A stretch of 63,751 nucleotides of DNA, the filler included. It is 9 parts of 9 records of this genome, joined end to end, with 100 filler letters (N's around TTAATTAATTAA, not from the genome) between each part and the next. Parts side by side here need not be neighbours in the genome. Positions count along the whole stretch, not along the records: positions 55,934 to 63,751 come from SRR20825010_2296; 8 more parts are not named here. One strand, 5' to 3'. The notes beneath the pieces were generated by a model. That model was not told the origin of the DNA, did not search any database, and worked only from the letters and a program-made list of their open reading frames with translations. Shown here piece after piece: positions 60,301 through 63,751 of this stretch (its first letter is position 1; each line of letters starts with the position of its first letter). The position numbers and the translations under genes are program-made.

Positions 60301-60674
60301 TGATAGTCGAGTCCGATCGCCGCTTCATTGCCTTCAAGTGGATAGATATACCGCAGCACAAGATCCGGCGCGGCGCCTATATTCCGCAGTTGCAGGCGAT
60401 TTCTGAACAGGCGCTCCGCTATGCTGTTGAACCGTTCCTGGGTGATACCGGGATCGGTGGAAATAACGGCGGCGAGACCGCCGACAAGCCTGACATTCGC
60501 GGCAATCTCGCCTTCAAGGCGAGCCCGGAGCAAATTTAGCTCGTCGGAAACATGGCGCTGGGTTTCAGATATGTATTTGTTCCGGTCTTCCTCCACGAGG
60601 AGAATGCCAACCCCAACCGCCACAGCAATCGCCATAGCTGCCGGAACCATTGATATAATACGACCACTTCTCAT
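57342..60674 (-). CDS. Hybrid sensor kinase CHASE-PAS-HisKA-HATPase-REC-REC-Hpt
   Basis: CHASE (YPLEGNEAAIGLD, LAGPLTLLQGG), MSHEIRTP, GGTGLGL, two receivers, AHQVKG Hpt. Confidence 0.93.
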   Translation of the reverse strand: MRSGRIISMVPAAMAIAVAVGVGILLVEEDRNKYISETQRHVSDELNLLRARLEGEIAANVRLVGGLAAVISTDPGITQERFNSIAERLFRNRLQLRNIGAAPDLVLRYIYPLEGNEAAIGLDYHKNEQQRAAAFTARDKGDLVLAGPLTLLQGGIGIIGRHPVFAQDQDGNEFFWGLVSAVIDADELYAAAGVDPALVDFDFAIRGRDGTGLSGDVFFGDAGVFEDTPVLQRVNLPVGSWYLAGRPKGGWTVPESVYWNVWIPVGLIGMAVAIPLFGLGLFQDRRRRDLEILAAQEKGLIEAKEKATDAEGQLRIALDAMNGAFVLYDRDMRMVICNERFTDFYPSAEGTMIPGNRYEDIIRAGAYSGDVPEALGREEEWIAMRMRQFSEPGPAVEQVLPDGRWVRIQDARTPDGGFLSFRVDITELKQRQEEAEAANQAKSGFLANMSHEIRTPLNGIVGLGRLLQRTPLDENQTDFVKKIVSSSQILMGIINDVLDFSKIEAGQLEVEATDFDLREIIEQVGGLAQDRADEKGLSFEIEIDPDMPIDLFGDPLRVGQILTNLCSNAVKFTKAGRVKLSVHPHEISEDRAELHFKVEDSGIGMTAEQQDKIFKPFAQADISTTRQFGGTGLGLSICLDLATRMGGRIWVESMPGKGSTFNVVLPFAVSALSQLAGTGRFDAWRVLVVDDNPTARLVMSGMLRSLALEVVEAESAAGAISAVTEAHRVGAPFDVIFMDWIMPDGDGVQATRDILASIGDDGPPPKIVLVTGANTEVLGDGARQAGASAVLTKPLSQQRVLRLLNAFWENQELSDEEHGLADAAAMQLRGMRILVAEDNQINQQVIEAVLRNVGAEVELVGNGEAAVEAVTGSDPGRFDAVLMDIQMPVLDGIGATRRIRSDDRFADLPIIAATAHAMTSEVERCLAAGMNGHVAKPISEEKLYEALSAARLARVGMGFSEAVPAGNAPAAPTEVEDTLRETGETTGGYEPFDKMVQLLGAPDVAAKLFNEFCRQNAGTVGELRAYLEAGDTIAAARQAHQVKGVAGNLGLTDLSAASGDLEQCLRDADDSGPSIANAQQKYEQEIKAALDDVRNHLRVSGLLETDLAEG

Positions 60675-60979
60675 GCGCTTCCTGCCCCGGCGTCCGCAAA
60701 CAATCCCCTCTGCCCGGCGCCGTCTTCCATTCAATCATGCACAAGAGCCGTTACAATTCCCTTAAGATACTAAGGTTGAGCCGTAATCAATTTACAACCT
60801 GACCGCGCGGTACTCTATCTGCAATCGTCAGGAGTCATTCCTCCTCCGGCCAAGATACGCCATACGCACCCGGTTCCGTTATTTCCCGAAATTTCAATAA
60901 TTTGACGCTTCAGCGCCTCATTCAATTGGGTTAGCCTGTTGCGGGCTAGCTCAGGCATACGGTGGCGGGAGGAAATCGC

Positions 60980-63751
60980 ATGCGCGATAAATTGCACACC
61001 TTGAAGCAAGAACTTGTCGACGGCGTTATCGCTCTCGCTAAAGAACGGATCGCCAAGGACAAGCGGGAAGAAGCCGAAAACTTCATCAGACAGTTCTACG
61101 CAAATATCGCGCCTCAGGACATCTTGTCCGAGGAGGCGGAAGACCTGTTCGGCGGAGCTTTGTCTATCTGGTCATTCGGGAAATCCCGCGATCCCGGCAC
61201 CACCAAGATCCGCGCCTACAATCCACGCTTCGAGACCACTGGCTGGCAATCTCCACACACGGTGATCGAGATCGTCAACGACGACATGCCGTTCCTGGTG
61301 GACTCCGTCACCACGGCACTGACAGCGCTGGATATCACGGTCCATCTCGTCATCCACCCGATCCTGAAGGTCGAACGATCCCCTGCCGGCAAGGTCCAGG
61401 CTCTTCTGGAGCCAGACAATGACGGCGCCGATACGATCCGTGAATCCTTCATGCAGTTGCGCATCTCCGAGCAGAGCTCTACCGAGGTTCTTTCCAATAT
61501 CGAGGCCGAGCTGCATTCGGTGCTCGACGATGTGAGAACTTCCGTCGAGGACTGGCGGACGATGCGGGAGAAGGTGCTCGACGTCGTGACCGAGATCGGC
61601 GCACGCGACACCCCGCATAACCGGGAGGAAGTCAGCGAGGTCATCGATTTCCTGCGCTGGATCGAAGACAATCACTTCACCTTCCTCGGCTATCGCGAGC
61701 TGGACTATGTCGGCAGCGGCAAGAACGCGCATATGGAAGTTGTCGACGGCTCGGGCCTCGGTATCCTGCGCAGCCCGGACACCAGCGTCTTCGAGGGTTT
61801 ACGCAACCTCGGACAATTGCCGGAGGAGGTCAGGAGCTTCCTGACCAGCCCCGACCTGTTGCTGATCATGAAGGCCAACCGCAAGGCCCGTGTCCACCGC
61901 CCGGTTCATATGGACACGATCATCGTCAAGAAGATCGACAAGACCGGTACGGTGAAGGGCGAGCACCGCTTCATCGGCCTGTTCACCTCTGTCGCCTACA
62001 ATCAGAGCCCGGGCGAGATCCCCATGCTGCGGCAAAAGGTTCAGCGGATCGTTTCCCTGGGCGGCTTCGCGCCGGAAAGCCACGACGGCAAGGCCTTGCT
62101 CAACATCCTTGAGACCTATCCGCGCGACGAGCTTTTCCAGGCCAGCGAGGATGATCTTCTGGCCACCTCGATCGGCATTCTGCATCTCCAGGAACGCCAG
62201 AAAATCGCTCTCTTCATGCGGCCGGATCCGTTTGAGCGGTTTGTCTCCGTGATGTTGTTTGTTCCGCGCGATCACTACACCACCCAGATTCGCGAAAAAT
62301 TCGCGGACATTCTCGCCCGCGCCTTCAAGGGACACATCGCGGCCTTTTATACGCAGATGTCGGAATCCGTGCTCGCACGGCTGCATTTCATCATCGCAAC
62401 GGAACGGGGATCGGTACCCGACGTCGATATCGAGGAACTGGAACGGCGCCTGACCGAGGCCGCCCGATCCTGGTCCGACAAACTGCACCAGGCTCTGGTG
62501 GAATCGAAGGGCGAGGAGCGCGGCAATGCCCTGCACCGGCAATACAGGGACGCCTTTCCCTCTTCATACAGGGAGGCCTACTCCGCCCACGGAGCGATCT
62601 TTGACATAGAGCGCATCGAGGAAACGCTGGCGGACGGCACTCTTCCGATGAACCTTTTCCGCCCGATAGGGTCGGAAGAAACCCAGCTTTATCTCAAGTT
62701 CTTCCACACCGGCACACCGGTGCCACTCTCCGACATCATGCCGATGATCGAGAATATGGGCGTGCGGGTCCTGAGCGAGCAGCCTTACGAGGTCGCCTCG
62801 AAAGACCTCGCCAACACCGTCTGGATCCATGACTTCAAGATGCAGCTCCGCAGCGGACAAAGCATCGATATCGAGGCCATGCGCCAGCCGTTCCACGACG
62901 CCTTCGAGGCGGTCTGGACCGGCAAGATGGAAAATGACGGGTTCAACATCCTGATCCTGCAGGCCGGCCTGACATGGCGCGAAGTCGCCATGTTGCGGGC
63001 GTACGCGAAATATCTGCGGCAGGCGGCTTTCACCTTCTCCCAGGACTATATGGAAGAGACCCTGGCGGAGAACGCATCCATTGCGAAGCTGCTGGCCCGT
63101 CTGTTCGAAGTCCGGTTCAACCCGGAAGTGGGCGAGGCCAAACGCACCACGGCGGCGGCAGAGATCACAGCCGAGATCGAGGCGGCGCTCGATAATGTCG
63201 CCAATCTCGATCAGGACCGGATCATCCGGCGCTATCTCAACCTGATCCAGTCGACCATGCGGACCAACTATTACCAGCCCGATGCGGACGGTAACCCGAA
63301 GTCCTACATTTCGTTCAAGCTGGACAGCCAGGCCATCGAAGACCTGCCGCTGCCGCGTCCCCTGGTCGAGATCTGGGTCTTCTCACCCCGCACGGAGGCC
63401 GTCCATCTGCGCGGCGGCCGGGTCGCTCGCGGCGGTATCCGCTGGTCGGACCGGCGGGAGGATTTCCGTACCGAGATCCTCGGCCTGATGAAGGCACAGC
63501 AGGTGAAGAATGCCGTCATCGTCCCGGTCGGCTCAAAGGGCGGTTTTGTCATAAAACGCCCCCCCGCCGACGGCACCCGCGAGGCCATGCAGGCCGAAGC
63601 GATCGAGTGCTACAAGACAATGATGCGCGGCATGCTGGATATCACCGACAATATCTCCGGCACCGATATCATTCCGCCGGAGCATGTCGTCCGGCATGAC
63701 GAGAACGACCCCTATCTCGTGGTCGCCGCCGACAAGGGCACGGCCACCTTC
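60980..63751 (+). CDS. gdhB: Large NAD-specific glutamate dehydrogenase (3' partial, runs off the window)
   Basis: Not in the ORF track; own translation MRDKLHTLKQ after a GGGAGGA RBS; NDDMPFLVDS, HLRGGRVARGGIRWSDRREDF, KAQQVKNAVIVPVGSKGGF, DPYLVVAADKGTATF. Confidence 0.96.
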   Translation, partial: MRDKLHTLKQELVDGVIALAKERIAKDKREEAENFIRQFYANIAPQDILSEEAEDLFGGALSIWSFGKSRDPGTTKIRAYNPRFETTGWQSPHTVIEIVNDDMPFLVDSVTTALTALDITVHLVIHPILKVERSPAGKVQALLEPDNDGADTIRESFMQLRISEQSSTEVLSNIEAELHSVLDDVRTSVEDWRTMREKVLDVVTEIGARDTPHNREEVSEVIDFLRWIEDNHFTFLGYRELDYVGSGKNAHMEVVDGSGLGILRSPDTSVFEGLRNLGQLPEEVRSFLTSPDLLLIMKANRKARVHRPVHMDTIIVKKIDKTGTVKGEHRFIGLFTSVAYNQSPGEIPMLRQKVQRIVSLGGFAPESHDGKALLNILETYPRDELFQASEDDLLATSIGILHLQERQKIALFMRPDPFERFVSVMLFVPRDHYTTQIREKFADILARAFKGHIAAFYTQMSESVLARLHFIIATERGSVPDVDIEELERRLTEAARSWSDKLHQALVESKGEERGNALHRQYRDAFPSSYREAYSAHGAIFDIERIEETLADGTLPMNLFRPIGSEETQLYLKFFHTGTPVPLSDIMPMIENMGVRVLSEQPYEVASKDLANTVWIHDFKMQLRSGQSIDIEAMRQPFHDAFEAVWTGKMENDGFNILILQAGLTWREVAMLRAYAKYLRQAAFTFSQDYMEETLAENASIAKLLARLFEVRFNPEVGEAKRTTAAAEITAEIEAALDNVANLDQDRIIRRYLNLIQSTMRTNYYQPDADGNPKSYISFKLDSQAIEDLPLPRPLVEIWVFSPRTEAVHLRGGRVARGGIRWSDRREDFRTEILGLMKAQQVKNAVIVPVGSKGGFVIKRPPADGTREAMQAEAIECYKTMMRGMLDITDNISGTDIIPPEHVVRHDENDPYLVVAADKGTATF

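Noticed and set aside
61172-63588. Minus-strand ORFs of up to 247 aa
   Set aside because: Shadows of gdhB.

Overview
This window is not one locus. It is nine unrelated contigs joined by 100-nt spacers (N44-TTAATTAATTAA-N44), so gene neighbourhood is only meaningful within a segment. Taxon labels are inferred from gene content and composition. Seg1 (1-5930, Burkholderiales/Limnobacter-like): beta-oxidation pair, CbbR-like LysR divergent from an SbtA-type bicarbonate permease, hicAB, partial metR. Seg2 (6031-9472, Planctomycetota/Gimesia-like): PL10 pectate lyase, His-phosphatase, pdxA, rfbC. Seg3 (9573-32286, Marinobacter-like): recB-recD, ExeM nuclease plus 5'-nucleotidase, MFS, FAN1-like VRR-NUC plus DinG-type helicase operon, GGDEF, ADH, mmsR/mmsA. 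Seg4 (32387-36094, gammaproteobacterial): renalase-like oxidoreductase and PepSY-RR-HK. Seg5 (36195-40338, Rhizobiales-like): mraY-murD-ftsW-murG-murC. Seg6 (40439-45778, betaproteobacterial accessory DNA): a 44-aa basic microprotein missing from the ORF track, yefM-yoeB, two SRPBCC genes, gamma-CA, Mug and a candidate toxin-immunity pair. Seg7 (45879-49386, Algoriphagus-like): HK-RR-hybrid HK followed by a structured ~160-nt candidate ncRNA and a terminator. Seg8 (49487-55833, Flavobacteriaceae-like): uncharacterised DUF1553/DUF1501/NHL/cytochrome-c-LRR operon ending in a REP-like repeat. Seg9 (55934-63751, alphaproteobacterial): tRNA-Gly 3' end, DMT, DUF465, CHASE hybrid kinase and a large NAD-glutamate dehydrogenase missing from the ORF track. 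The best novelty candidates are the seg7 structured RNA, the seg8 Tat/heme-c operon, the seg6 effector-immunity pair and microprotein, and the dockerin-tailed ExeM.
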